Source of the DNA: Chiloscyllium plagiosum
Lineage: Eukaryota
NCBI RefSeq assembly: GCF_004010195.1
Contig: NC_057749.1
Span: 16,496,524 to 16,560,523, forward strand
DNA: 64,000 nt
Direction: 5' to 3'
The translations under genes were made by a program, and so were the position numbers. This document shows, piece after piece, positions 52,601 to 63,922 of this stretch (position 1 is its first letter; each line of letters opens with the position of its first letter). The notes below the pieces were generated by a model that was not told the origin of the DNA, made no database searches, and worked only from the letters and a program-made list of their open reading frames with translations.

Positions 52601-55600
52601 AAGAGCAAAATAAGAGAAGAGGAGAGAGACAGATCAGTACAGTTGTCCATTTGGTTAGTACCTACCTCTCTGCTACATTGATATTGGTTATTGGTTTTGG
52701 TGGGATTTTCCACGGACAGCTGATTCGCCCTCCAGGGAGGCGCCTGAAGTCAAACTGGCAGCAGATTTTAGGATCAGGTCCACAAGTATGAGGGACATCA
52801 TAACTGTAGAACGGCATTAGATGACAGAAGATATCTGTGCTTGAGTCAGTGTCTGAAACAAGATGTGGAGAATAAACCAAAATGCTCACTTTATACAGAA
52901 ATTGATTTTTAAAATATAAAACATTTAAAAAAAACATTAACAGGATGGCTCCAGCTCCCACAAATTGTGCAACTTTGTAGAGATAAAGTAAAGATTGTTG
53001 GAAGTGCATAGGGGCAAATGAAAGAGATAGCCCCTTTCTCAGAAGCTCTGGCCCCTGTGTGTGTTTCCAGTTGTGGGGGGTTATTTCAAATTATCATTCA
53101 CAGAACTTCCTTACAACGCTGCTTTCACCTACCCCAAGTCTGCCTCCACATGAATTCCAAATTTTTGGTGGCTGAAAAGTGTTTTTTGATGGAGTAATGT
53201 ACTCGTTGGATCAGCATACTGGTTAGGTTCGCTCGCTTGAGCAGATAAGACATGGTTGAGCTGTGTCCAAAAGGATCAATCGCCCAGCCAGATTTGGGAA
53301 TCACTCCTGCAAATACAAAGTATAGGAACATCTGATTAGGATGAACATGCTAACAAAAAGGTGATTCAAGATAATTTAGACACGCGGAGTGAGTGGACAA
53401 ATATATCATGCAGTTATAGGCAAAACAAAAGGCAGAATACACTTAACGGTGATAGATTGAGAAATGTTTATGTATAAAAAGACCTGGGATCCTTGTACAC
53501 CAATCACTGAATGCAAGAATTTACTCGCAGCAAGAGTCAACAAGGCAAATAGTCTGTTGGTCTTCACTGCAAGAGAATTTGAGTACACAAGCAAAGGTAG
53601 TCTCTGGGCTGTACAGAGCCTTGTTGAAACCAAATCTGGGAGTACTGTACAGAGGTTTGGTCTCCTTACTCAAGGAAACATGTGCTCTCCATTGATGGAG
53701 TACATCAAAGATTCACCAGACAAATTTCTAGGATTGCAGATTTGTTGAATGAGGAGAGATTGGATTAACTATATTTGTTTTCTTTGGAGTTCATAAGGAG
53801 ATAGGATTCCATTGAAACATATAAAATTCTGACAGGGCCAGACACACTTGTTAGGATTAGGATCCTAGCCGAAAGAACACGGTCTCTGGATGCAGAGTAG
53901 ACCATTTAGAACTGAAAAATTTCTTCAGTTTTGTGAGCCTGTGAAATTTGCAACACCAATAAGATGGTGGAGACCAAGTCACTGAATACATTTAAGGAAG
54001 AAATGGACAGATTGCTAGGGACTAAATGCTTCGGGGAGATGGGGAAGAGTACGGAGCACAGCATGGAAAGGATCAGCCATGATCATATTCTACAGTGGAG
54101 CAGGCTCAATGGCCAAATGGCCTACTCTTGCCCCTATTTTCGAAATATTTAACTTGTGCTGTAACTGTTCCAGCAGTGTTTATGGAGGGTGCTGTAGAGG
54201 AAGCTTTAACTTTGTACTGAACCCCAAGCCATATGTTTTCTAGGAGTACTTAATGGGGACAGTGTAGAGGGAGGTTTCTGGATCTAACCCCACATTATTC
54301 CTGCCCACTCACTGTTTGATGGGACCATGCAGTGAGTTCTATTGGCAACACTTTACCATGTAAAGATCAGTGGTGACAATGGGAAACATTTCAGGATTAA
54401 CACCCCATAACATGTGCAAAATTCACACCAAAAAGTCTCAAGTCCATAAAAGTACTGCTATGTCAACTGCACAACTCATCAGCATGGACTCGTACCAATG
54501 TTTTTCTCCATCCACTGATGTCCTTCGATTAGCTGGTCAATCATTGCAAAATAGTGCGCATTGGCTTCATCTGTCATGACCCAACCTCCTGTCACAAACT
54601 CCAACTGACCATTAGCTGCCAATCTGGTGACCAAACCAAATAACACATATTCAAATAAATGTCCATCTAGTGAGCAGCATATATTAAACTCAAGTTATTA
54701 CTCAAAAACAGCCCAATACAAGTGAATTAATTCTCAGAAGCTTGCTGCTGAGATTAAACACCATCAATACCCATTTCACTTCAGCAAAGTAACAGACTAA
54801 TAATGCTTCTATCGAATTAATTCTGATTACAATTGGCCCCAGCACCCAGGAAATGAGATGAGGAAAAGAATGCAAAAATTTGCATCAGCCTCCAGCAACC
54901 TCTGCTGGGGCAGGACCCAGGTGATCTACGATGCTTCTGTAAATCAAGAGCCTGCCACTTGATCTTGGCTTGATGATTGCTTGTCTAGGTAAACTCTGGG
55001 AGGGGGCACTCAGGCCTGTGGAACCCTTGCAAGCATATCAGTGCCTTCATCCAAAAGAATTAATTTAAGCATAGCCAAATGCCAGATTGTACCTGCGGAC
55101 AGCAGCCCTTTTCTGAGTGTCGATGTTGTCCCACCATTTGGAGAAGAATGAGATTTCTGCCCAGATGAAACGGCGCTTTGGGTCCTCCTGTAGTTTCAGC
55201 AGCATGTTATTCAGAATATGCTGTGTCTGGTCCTGGTAATATTTGTCAAATGTTTTTATCCAGCCTATTCAGAAATAAGAGTTTTGACTATCAGGTTCTT
55301 GTTGCTTTTTCAAATCATTCAGAAATAATCCTGAGTATTTTACATGCAGTGCTACTTCAGAGTGCAACAATGTTGCTATAACATAGCACTTGCAACCCAC
55401 TTGCAAACAAAATCCTGTAAACTACAAATAGATGAATGATAAGGTAATCCGTAACGGCCCAGGTATCAGAACTGGTTGCTTTAGCCCTTCCATACTCAAT
55501 AATGAAACATCTGACACCTACTCTAACCAGAGGAGGCAGAGACACCCTCAGTTTAATTTCTTAGCTAAAAGACCAGCAGCGCAGCACACCCTCACATGGC

Positions 55601-58600
55601 ATTGGCCTGACTGCAGACATTGTGCGGAGATCTTGAAATGGGATTTGGATCCAGGAACTTTGATGCAGGAAAAGGTCAAAAAGAAACAGGTCTCCCCAGC
55701 AACTAGCTGCTGTGAATGTAGTAGATAAAGGCTTGTATTACCAGCAATATGACAGAACAACAGAAGTAAGATCAATACGTAAGTTGCAGATACACATGCC
55801 AACCGACTGCAAAATATATAGGTCACAAGTCAAACTTAAAGATAATAGAAAGAATTAGCCAGGTTCCAGTAGTTTTTTTTCATATAATACCAACAACTAC
55901 ATTACAAAGCAAAGCCACAGTCAGTTTGCCACAAAACCTGTTCAGTCTTGAAGTCTATTCCCACCCCAACCCACCCTCCCCCACAACAATGACATGAGTT
56001 TGCAGTGTTCCACTCACCGGGATCGTTGTGAGAATGGGGGACAACATAAACCTGTAATGGGTCATTATCCCATTCGTGCGCATCGTATGTGATCTCAAAG
56101 CCCTGCTTCCAAGCACCACCATCCACATTATCAAACTTCAAAAGTGAGTACACATCCAGCATCTGTCAGAGTAAAACAGCAAGAATTTGCTAAGGATCTT
56201 AAAAAAAAATGGAGGCAAGTTTGGGCTACTACCAAACTTAGAAACAGTCGACTGCAGAACTCTGCACTGCATCATTTGCTCTAGCTTCAAGTCATAAGTT
56301 CCAGCAGGATCCAGTTATTGAGTGAACATATTAACCCCAATTATCAGTATGATTATATGTCCTTTGAACACTGCAAGGTTGGCTTTAATTGTGTTTATTT
56401 AGAAGGCATATTTCAAACATACACAGAGATAACTCCAAATAAAAGCTGTACCCAGAAGGCAGCACTAATGACAACTTAAAATGAAAAAGTTTGAGCAGTT
56501 TTGCAGATTTCACCTCCCCAAGGACACATTCACAGTACTCTGGATTATTAGTCTTATCTTGAGCTTGTCATTAATGAACACATTTCACATTCTATAAATT
56601 TTTTTAAAAATTAAAGCAACTCATATTGGTAAAAGACAATTGCACAACCTCAGCTGAACTGGTTACACACTGAAGGGCACATTCGGAATATATAGGATTG
56701 ACAACTTTTATTTTAGATGTTCTGCACTTAACCTTATTTATTTTAAATTACTACTGACAGAAATATAAAGTGAATAATACTTCAGTAAATATGGATACAC
56801 TTTACGATGCGGAACTTCAAACCACAAACCCAGATTTCACAAGAACAGTAACCAGACGAAACATTACAGATCTGAAGAGCAAGTCATATAGAGATTACAT
56901 CATTTGAATCAGGTATCTGGTTACAAACCAACCACAAAAGGTTGCTTCCGAGTGCTGGGTTATCAAGGTTCCTTTAATCTGCATTAGTGCCTATATACTC
57001 AAGTACCTGACCAAGAGAGCAGGTTACTCAGATGACGTTCAATGTAATTGATAACACATTATATGCATTCATATTATCACAAAATACATGTGCACCAGGA
57101 AAGCAGTCTTCATCAGAAAGAACGAACTAACAGTTCATCCCAACAAATCCCAGCTATTATATTTAGTTTTGTAAATAGATTTGTGGTGGATGTTGAGAGA
57201 TACTGGTGAGGCTACTTTTATTGGAGAAAGGCAGGAGGAGTGGTGACAAGCTGTCTTCCTGAACTTCCCAAAGCCCTGAGGTATGGAGCTGCTGCAGTGA
57301 TATTAGGAATGAATTTCCAAGTATTGATGCAGTGATGAATGAATGGTGAAGTACAGATCAGCATGGTGCAGGACTGGGAACTGAGTTTCAAGGTGATGGT
57401 ATTGCCATGACATTGCTGCTTCTCACTGATGCAGCTTGGAACAGGACATCTATTTTATTGATCCAATTATCTCCTTCACACATCTTCAGGCCCTCTGCAT
57501 ATACCAGAAGATATTGGGAGTATTTCCAAGAACAAACTTTTATTAATATATAATTTGTCATGTTCTCAATGTGCTTTACAACCAGAACTTTAACCACTTA
57601 CGTAAATAAATATAGCAGCCATATCACAACAAGGAGGGTTCCACAAAGAGCACTACTAATCAGTTAGAGAATGTTAATTAGGAGAACATAACCACACTCT
57701 TCAAACATTTCTATTGGAGCTTTTATGCACAACTTAAGTAGTAGACAGGACCTAAATGAAAAACATCTCCAAAAGTGTAACATCACCTCAGTATTACACT
57801 GAAATGCCAGTCTTGATTGGGTCCAAGTCCTAGAGTGGGGATTGAATCCATGACGTTCAATAAATTAAATCGCAACCAACTGCACCCAGCTGGCATTTAA
57901 GGTTCCCACCCAAAACTTTGCATGCAACATGATTTCTTGCATTTTCACAAAACTGACATTCACCATTTCATCTGCTGCAGAGTGGCTGATTGCCAGGGAC
58001 TGGGGGTGCCTGAACCAGAAAACTGCATGGCATGTAGCATTAATCAAACCTCAGGGAAGGCCTAAGTGGGGTTGGGTAGTGGTGGTTTGGCAATGGTAGT
58101 GGTAAAGGGGTGGTGAAGTGGAGGAAATCTTAAAGGATTATGACACCTGGATGAAAAATTGCAGTCATGGTGAAAGCTGTCAGTCTTACATTAAGATGAT
58201 TCTTTCTTTTGTCACAATAGGAATTGCATCATGTCAGAAGGGGTTTAATTAAGACAATGTCATTGATCCATGCAGATTAGTAAATACAATCCAAAAGAAA
58301 TATGTTGCCCCAATGCTTTATCATGTTTTCTTACCTGCAGGTCTGTTTGTTGTCCTTTATTCCCAAGAGCTAACTGACAATCCTGTGGCAACACAGTCAG
58401 AAAGGTTGGGTGATTGCCTCCAGGAAAAGCCCAGGAGCCATTTCCTTGGTAAGCAAGCAGGCCAGCGAAACCACCGGCATTTTCTGTCAGCTCCAGCACA
58501 GAGTCCTTAATGTGACTGATTATCTGGTGATTTTCTTCCAAAAGCTGCTCCAACTGCTCAATGCGATTCTGCAGCACTGAAATTTGACTCTGCATTGGAA

Positions 58601-61600
58601 ACCAAAACAAAAAGTCAAGAAAAGATTACTCGGGGATTTGACATATATTTTACTCTCCCAGCTTGGTACCATTTAGAATGGTTGAAAAGAAAACCTATTG
58701 GACAACTACCCAAAATGTTCCAACAATAGTCATTGGACTCAGGCCCCTGAGCTATGAGATGTTGGAGAAGTAAGCGACTCAGCCCATCAAGTATATCCCA
58801 CCTTCAATGAGATAATGACTGACCAGAAAATCCTCAACTCCACTTTCCTGCTTTATCCCATGATCCTTAATTTACTTAGTGATTTAAAATCTCGGTCTTG
58901 AATATACTTAACTGCAAAGTCTATGGATCCAAGAAAGAATACTGGAGAGAATATTCTGTGGCAGAACTCTATACAACTGTCAGTTCACAGCAAAAATCTA
59001 ATATGGCACGTCTAAAAATCAGACAAGATACTCAATTAAATTTCCAAGCATTCTACCTATACACTTCATGTGCAGTAGGTCCCAGCTAGTACCTGAAATT
59101 CACAAGCTTTTCCCAACCTACTGTTTATTTCACCAGAGGTAACTAAACTCCAAATGACCTGCCACTCTTTACATCAATTAAACTCTGTTGCCTTAAAATG
59201 TCATTTGTCTACTTCATCAAAATACACCATGATATGACATATCACCATCCTCAACTTCATCCAATATCCTCTCCTATTCAGTACTTCACCAAAAATGATT
59301 CAATGCAGGAACTGTTTAGTTGATTTGTTTTAAAATTTTAAGCGTGATATTCGTCCCCCATCCTCCATCACTTTTAGAATTCACCAAGGTCCAAAATTAC
59401 CACATATACATTTTTTTTGACCTGGAGAAACATCTATGTCTAGGTAGTTTTTGCAATAAACCATCCACCTTAAAATGAAAATTTATTCAATGTGACTACA
59501 CAAATTTATTTCAAAAAATCTGACACTTAATTGATTTGTTGTTAACAGATTTTAGAATTAGTCACACTGACAGCTGAACGCAGTGTAATCGCTCATGTCC
59601 ATGTAAACCATGTCAGCACCCTGACAATTTCAAGGTCTTAAAATAAAAGAGTAAAGTGTCATTGGCTGACACTTGGCAATAGGCCACAATTAGCACTGAA
59701 AGCATCTACAGTTCAAAATGCAGAAGACAAAAGGTACGGTTTTAATCACAGAAGCCTGCTAATACAGAACACCTTGGCTGCATGGTTGTTATTCATCGAT
59801 TTCTGCACTGGTGGGACAGCTTGTATTATGGGAATGCTAACTGAACCTCAATGACTACAGCACAGAGTAACCTACACCATGATCAGTACCTTCTTCCAAT
59901 CCCTCCCTCAAACTTGCTATGCTCCAAACATTTTTGCATTTCATATTAGCTCACTCACCCACTGTGGCTAAAATGCTTCATCTTGCTACAACCCTCCCAT
60001 TGGCATTTAGCTATTCTGAACATCTACTTTTAATTACCCTTTGCACTATGGGCATTGGCTCATCAACTCAGCTAATTGCACAGCGCTTTTAGGCACAAAA
60101 GGGCCTCCTGTGCTGTATCATTCTGATTCAGTAAGTGGGTAGTACTTTGAAGAACACTGAATCTGTTAGCTATGAATACAAATGAAAGGTCAGACGTACT
60201 TCCCTGGAGAGGAAAATTAGAAGTAGGTGTTCCAAAGGAAGGACGGACAATACAGATCACAGAACTTTGAGAGAGGTCTACATAGATGAAGATGTGTTCC
60301 AGCTGACTGACAAGTTTCAATTTGTGAATAATTCTGGTCCATTTAACAGACAGCATGAGGGACAGCTACATTAACTAATCTCTTACCTTTCCTATACATT
60401 ATCCACAGCAATTTGCTACGTTAAAAAAAATCAGCAGTGTGATTATTCAGACTCTCAAACAAACATTTAATTACACAAAGCCAGTACAGTATGAAAATTG
60501 GATATCGGCTCCACTGCATGAAGAGTAAATTCATTAGGGTGAACACCAGGACAACAAAATGCTGAACCTGGAATATAATAATGGACATCAGCATCAACAC
60601 CTGATTCGTAAAGTCATGCTTGGTGCAGCACAAACAATACGGGCTGGAACACAACTCAGTTCCTGGATTGTGATGCATCAATCTGATATGAAAACTAGCC
60701 TCAGCGCACATTAGGTAAAATTAGTTACGCAGTAACTCCCAAGTCGTAATACCTCCTACTCAGTCCGTTGAAATTTACTGTCAGATCACACAGTGTTCAC
60801 ATAGACAAAGTATAGGAGGGTGGAAGGTGGGTGAAAATTGTCTGAGAATTGGTGACAGTTGGAAACTTGAGGCTCATCATGCATTATTACAGTGTGATAA
60901 TGGGTGTACAAATCTATATCAGAAACACTGAAGGCAAGAGTGTTTTTACAACTGTTAAAGTACAACCATTTTTATTTAAGGACATCCTGTACTAACAGAT
61001 TTATTGAAGTGCCACTGTTTGTGTCATTACATTAGCGAAGGACCAACTGTTTTGTTAATACAGTGCACCTTTGCAACTGTGTTGCTAAGGTTCAAGGATA
61101 AATGGCCCACATAATGAAGCACTGAGTCACACTCATTTCAAATCTTATGTGATCTTGTCAGATGCCATGGACAGATATGTATACATAACACACCTAAGTC
61201 AACAAGTAAAAGCAGCCCAATACTCTACAGCAAGCTGGGGCCCATACACAATGCCCGCAAGGCTCAGAGTTATAAGAGAATCAGCACTTGGACAGTTTTA
61301 TTAGGTGTATTATCTCATTCTAAACTTCAGGGAAAGGCAAAACAAAAAGAAAATAAATGGGGAAAGAAGAAATATTTTCCTTTATCTGAGGAATACTGCA
61401 ATGATACTGCGTATGCCATCATTCCTTTGCTTTCCTCAAGTTTTAATTAGAGTTCAGAATTGTTTTACACTCCTGGTGAAATGAGCTGTCTTACAGCATT
61501 TGCAACTTTGGTTTAAAAGGTAAGAAATTGCTACTGGCGATGCACTAATCAGATAACAATATTTACAAACTTCATCTGTTTACTCTCTCAATAAGAAAGA

Positions 61601-62943
61601 CTTTGCACTATAAACATACCAAATATTGCATTGCAAGAATGATACAGCACAGGAACTACTTCAGTCCACCAGGTCCTGCCAGCTCAGAGCCAAAAATTCC
61701 ACTTGGCCTTTTCCCATTGCCAGAGAAAGTTTTCCACATCAACTATTAATCCAAACCTTTTGTACTACTGAACCTGTGCCAGAGTGCCTTTTAGGCAGAG
61801 CAATGTTAATCACAACAGGTTGCTATACAAAATATTGTTGACATATTTAAGCAGTTGATTAATATTAAAAACATGTAAAAAAAACCACACTTTAATTATG
61901 TTATTCAACACTGGCCTCCATGGAGACTTACTGCAAACTGCTGCTGAAAACATTCCTAATGCTGAGCCAGTCCTGCTCCCAAATACATCCTGGGATACTG
62001 TGACAGAGTCTTAGATCTCCATGTCCCATTTTTCCCCAAGGTCTCCTTGCTATCTCACCACACTGCAGCCATGCTGGTTTCTCAGGAGAGAAGGTACAGA
62101 AGCCTGAACACATACACCAGACGGTTTCGTAACAGTTTCTACCCTAATGTTGTAAGAATACAGAATGGTCTCATAAACTCTTAACATTTGCCTGTACCTG
62201 TGTTTTTGTTTTTACCGCTGTTTACCTATTATTTACTATCTACGCTACTTAACTATGTGATCTACCTGTATTGCTCGCAAGACAAAGCTTTTCATTGTGC
62301 CTCGGTACACGTGACAATAAATTCAACTCAATTCATGTCCTTACATTCATCCCTATATCTCCAATCCCATCCAGCCTAGATCTCCCTCGCTCCTTTCTCT
62401 GTGACATTCCCCTTCCAAACTCCGTAACTCTCTCAGCATCTCCTTTTTTCACATCCTCCCTGCTGACGGTGGTCTGATTTCTTTACCACACCGCCCGAGA
62501 GGAGGCTGTGGGGGGGAGGATCTCACTCACACTCTGGCTCTCAGCTCCAGGAACAATCTTTCCCTCATCCTGAAGATACTTCTTCGTCTCTTCTCCCGGG
62601 GTCTTGTCACCTTTCCCACTCCTGCTCCGCTGCTCCCTGCCCTCTTGGGGGCGGGGGGGGTCTTCATCCTCTCCTTCCCCTGAGGGTTTCCCTCCACTCC
62701 CTCCCGACTCCAACATCCCCATCACAGGTCGCCCTCTCCTACTCTTTCTCGGGGGGTGGGAAGTCTCCTCCCTCCCCCTGGGGGAGGGGGCGGGAGAAAG
62801 GTCGTTCTTACCCTGGGGAAGCTGACTCCGCTCTGCCGCCGCTCCGGTTCGTGCTGTACGCGGTCCAGCATCAGGTAAAGCGAGAAAACGGCCACGCAGA
62901 AAATGGCGCCGCCGCACACCGTCACCTGCTTCTTCAGCTTCAT
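28542..62943 (-). CDS. MAN2A2: Alpha-mannosidase IIx (GH38), whole spliced CDS, 22 coding exons, 3447 nt = 1148 aa + stop
   Basis: N-terminus [31 protein letters not shown]...[24 protein letters not shown] matches vertebrate MAN2A2 as recalled. GH38 motifs [22 protein letters not shown] and QHHDAITGT are present. All introns are GT-AG with consistent phases. Confidence 0.96.
29206..29316 (-). CDS. MAN2A2: MAN2A2 coding exon 21
   Basis: [37 protein letters not shown]; 111 nt. Confidence 0.95.
29621..29815 (-). CDS. MAN2A2: MAN2A2 coding exon 20
   Basis: [15 protein letters not shown]...[17 protein letters not shown]; 195 nt. Confidence 0.94.
31190..31412. mobile_element. Penelope-like pLTR repeat (family A), tail-to-tail inverted pair
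   Basis: ~110-bp inverted arms; intact + strand core CTGATGA a GGGC tctt GCCC GAAA cg TC at 31316-31343. Confidence 0.8.
31695..31775 (-). CDS. MAN2A2: Probable MAN2A2 alternative cassette exon (27 aa, phase 0-0)
   Basis: Pyrimidine tract ...ttctccattcccattgctcctcttcag| then [27 protein letters not shown] |gtaac; 81 nt, frame-preserving, between exons 19 and 20. Confidence 0.7.
32668..32703 (+). ncRNA. Minimal type I hammerhead ribozyme motif (best-formed copy)
   Basis: ATTC CTGAAGA A GGGC ctgt GCCC GAAA CG TC GAAT: stem I 4 bp, stem II 4 bp, palindromic ACGT in place of stem III; lies in a family A repeat (32667-32760). Confidence 0.75.
32988..33121 (-). CDS. MAN2A2: MAN2A2 coding exon 19
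   Basis: [26 protein letters not shown]...SASNK; 134 nt. Confidence 0.95.
33919..34060 (-). CDS. MAN2A2: MAN2A2 coding exon 18
   Basis: [19 protein letters not shown]...[11 protein letters not shown]; 142 nt. Confidence 0.95.
35016..35104 (+). repeat. Perfect inverted copy of MAN2A2 exon 18 sequence (33937-34025)
   Basis: 89/89 nt reverse-complement match read by eye. Confidence 0.92.
37035..37168 (-). CDS. MAN2A2: MAN2A2 coding exon 17
   Basis: [14 protein letters not shown]...FYTDLNGFQ; 134 nt. Confidence 0.95.
38240..38980 (+). mobile_element. Old CR1-clade LINE fragment
   Basis: Degenerate homology to the CR1 copies above. Confidence 0.6.
40124..40312. mobile_element. Penelope-like pLTR repeat (family A), inverted
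   Basis: 16-bp TSD cgctgtactgtagctg (40108-40123 / 40313-40328). Confidence 0.8.
40330..40640 (-). mobile_element. Ancient Deu-domain-type SINE remnant; similar pieces near 19000-19400, 39450-39680, 43400-43760 and 57650-57860
   Basis: tttaatgcttcatccaaaggatggcatctct...gtgcagcatgccctcaatactgcactg recurs degenerately across the window. Confidence 0.45.
41332..41446 (-). CDS. MAN2A2: MAN2A2 coding exon 16
   Basis: AYVSKQ...[25 protein letters not shown]; 115 nt. Confidence 0.94.
42337..42459 (-). CDS. MAN2A2: MAN2A2 coding exon 15
   Basis: TIKRKDD...[22 protein letters not shown]; 123 nt. Confidence 0.95.
42890..43126 (-). CDS. MAN2A2: MAN2A2 coding exon 14
   Basis: [17 protein letters not shown]...[17 protein letters not shown]; 237 nt. 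Confidence 0.93.
44008..44173 (-). CDS. MAN2A2: MAN2A2 coding exon 13
   Basis: [18 protein letters not shown]...PTQVSAVW...DIYQ; 166 nt. Confidence 0.93.
44273..44340 (-). CDS. MAN2A2: MAN2A2 coding exon 12
   Basis: [23 protein letters not shown]; 68 nt. Confidence 0.92.
45111..45225 (-). CDS. MAN2A2: MAN2A2 coding exon 11
   Basis: [21 protein letters not shown]...LLHM; 115 nt. Confidence 0.93.
46306..46778 (+). mobile_element. 5'-truncated Penelope-like element (GIY-YIG remnant + pLTR hammerhead)
   Basis: [20 protein letters not shown]...HHFDWDNT...[10 protein letters not shown]; 14-bp TSD cacagtctcagaaa (46292-46305 / 46779-46792); core at 46703-46736. Confidence 0.8.
46863..47034. mobile_element. 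Penelope-like pLTR repeat (family A), inverted, with intact minus-strand hammerhead core
   Basis: TSD gttacaatcacaga / gttacaattacaga; core at 46956-46991. Confidence 0.8.
47660..47842 (-). CDS. MAN2A2: MAN2A2 coding exon 10
   Basis: AAEILYSLA...[24 protein letters not shown]; 183 nt. Confidence 0.95.
48452..48654 (-). CDS. MAN2A2: MAN2A2 coding exon 9
   Basis: [10 protein letters not shown]...[27 protein letters not shown]...HLR; 203 nt. Confidence 0.95.
49048..49852. mobile_element. Penelope-like element (family D), large inverted duplication with GIY-YIG C-terminus in both arms
   Basis: [28 protein letters not shown]; 13-bp TSD atccagacagcta (49035-49047 / 49853-49865); cores at 49124-49163 (-) and 49785-49825 (+). 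Confidence 0.85.
49333..49396 (+). repeat. Perfect inverted copy of the MAN2A2 exon 8 acceptor region (50025-50088)
   Basis: 64/64 nt reverse-complement match read by eye. Confidence 0.92.
49893..50070 (-). CDS. MAN2A2: MAN2A2 coding exon 8
   Basis: [12 protein letters not shown]...PVGDDFRYD...PELHVQ; 178 nt. Confidence 0.95.
51850..52425 (-). mobile_element. Penelope-like element fragment with tandem pLTRs (296-nt period)
   Basis: Two direct copies with hammerhead cores at 51913-51948 and 52209-52244; upstream [12 protein letters not shown]ys linker; ~41-bp tandem duplication at 52344-52425. Confidence 0.8.
52666..52852 (-). CDS. MAN2A2: MAN2A2 coding exon 7
   Basis: [35 protein letters not shown]...NVAER; 187 nt. 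Confidence 0.95.
53133..53306 (-). CDS. MAN2A2: MAN2A2 coding exon 6 (nucleophile Asp motif)
   Basis: [15 protein letters not shown]...FMWRQTW; 174 nt. Confidence 0.95.
53340..54140 (+). mobile_element. Old CR1-clade LINE fragment
   Basis: [17 protein letters not shown]...; [13 protein letters not shown]. Confidence 0.65.
54496..54623 (-). CDS. MAN2A2: MAN2A2 coding exon 5
   Basis: [42 protein letters not shown]; 128 nt. Confidence 0.95.
55093..55264 (-). CDS. MAN2A2: MAN2A2 coding exon 4
   Basis: tag|(G)[20 protein letters not shown]...[25 protein letters not shown]; 172 nt; not in ORF track. Confidence 0.95.
56018..56162 (-). CDS. MAN2A2: MAN2A2 coding exon 3
   Basis: cag|[21 protein letters not shown]...VPHSHNDP G|gtgag; 145 nt. 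Confidence 0.95.
58335..58589 (-). CDS. MAN2A2: MAN2A2 coding exon 2
   Basis: cag|SQISVLQNR...QQTDLQ|gtaag; 255 nt. Confidence 0.95.
62105..62336 (+). mobile_element. Rex1-like LINE 3' tail
   Basis: [10 protein letters not shown]...; tail shared with 22020-22085 (caaag.tttt.a.tgt..ct.ggtacac.tgacaataaat). Confidence 0.55.
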
Positions 62944-63330
62944 CCTGCGGGTGTCCCGGCTTCCCGCACTCCCGCCGCCGCCGCCTCCACCCCGCGGGCC
63001 CGGTCTCAACGGCCGCATACCAGCACCCAGCCTCGCAGCAGCATGGTTTCCCCCCCGCAAGCCCCAGAGGCTCCCCTACAGCTCGAGGCCAGGCCACCAG
63101 GCTGCTCCCTGTGTCACCGCGCCCGGGCTCAGGACAGACGCGGTCTCGAGGCCTGGAGACACGGACACCCCGTCACCTCAGCGACGCGACTTCTGTTGGG
63201 GCCGGCACCGAGACTGCGTACTAAGAACCCAGCCTCGCGCCCCTATCGGTTTGCAGGAGATGCTCTTTAACTGACAGGACTTGCATTTACCTAACGCCGC
63301 GCACCATCCCGGGCTATCTCGAAGGATAAG
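62490..63330 (-). promoter_or_regulatory. CpG island / promoter and 5'UTR of MAN2A2
   Basis: Only strongly GC- and CpG-rich segment in the window; spans the start codon. Confidence 0.8.
62812..62943 (-). CDS. MAN2A2: MAN2A2 coding exon 1 (cytoplasmic tail + type II TM anchor)
   Basis: ATG at 62943; MKLKKQ...GVSFPR; AGG|gtaag donor; 132 nt. Confidence 0.95.
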
Positions 63331-63692
63331 ACTGCTAATAGAAGTTTTTTTTTTCGATTATGTAATTATTATAGCAAACGAAATGGCCGATCTACGTACA
63401 GCGAATTTCACAACAATCAAACGAAAAATGACCAGGTAATTCTTTTAATATAGTTTCCTGGGAAGATAATTACGGGCAGGCCACAAGGAAGAACTCAGCA
63501 TTGATAACAGTACCATGGACAATCACAAGCAATTGGAGTCTCAGTTCCGTGTCTCAGCGAAAAGATGGCACTTCTGACAGTACAACACCCCCTTCGTAAC
63601 CTCATCGGGAATATTTTCTGTCCTTGTTTCTGACCTACGATCAGTCCGAACTGAGGAGCAGGAATCTTACCCACTGAACCTTGGTTAATGCC

Positions 63693-63922
63693 GGTCATGA
63701 TTTGGAGATGCCGGTGTTGGACGGGGGTGTACAAAGTTTTTGTAAAAAATCACACAATACCAGGTTATAGTCCAACTGGTTTAATTGGAAGCACTAGCTT
63801 TCACAGCACTGCTCCTTCGTCACGTCGTTATCACACTCCTGATGTAGGAACAGCACTCCGAAAGCTAGTGCTTCCAATTAAAACTGTTGAACTATAACCT
63901 GGTGTTGTGTGATTTTTACCTT
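63693..63922. mobile_element. Palindromic Penelope-like repeat (family C), second copy
   Basis: Same arms as 20955-21143; degenerate core CTGATGT...GAAAGCTAGTG. Confidence 0.7.

Noticed and set aside
28542..62943. MAN2A1 rather than MAN2A2
   Set aside because: The N-terminus ([21 protein letters not shown]) and C-terminal exons ([18 protein letters not shown]) match the MAN2A2 paralogue as recalled.
62483..63274. Overlapping 112-204 aa ORFs
   Set aside because: By-products of the GC-rich CpG island; only the MKLKK frame is supported by homology and splicing.
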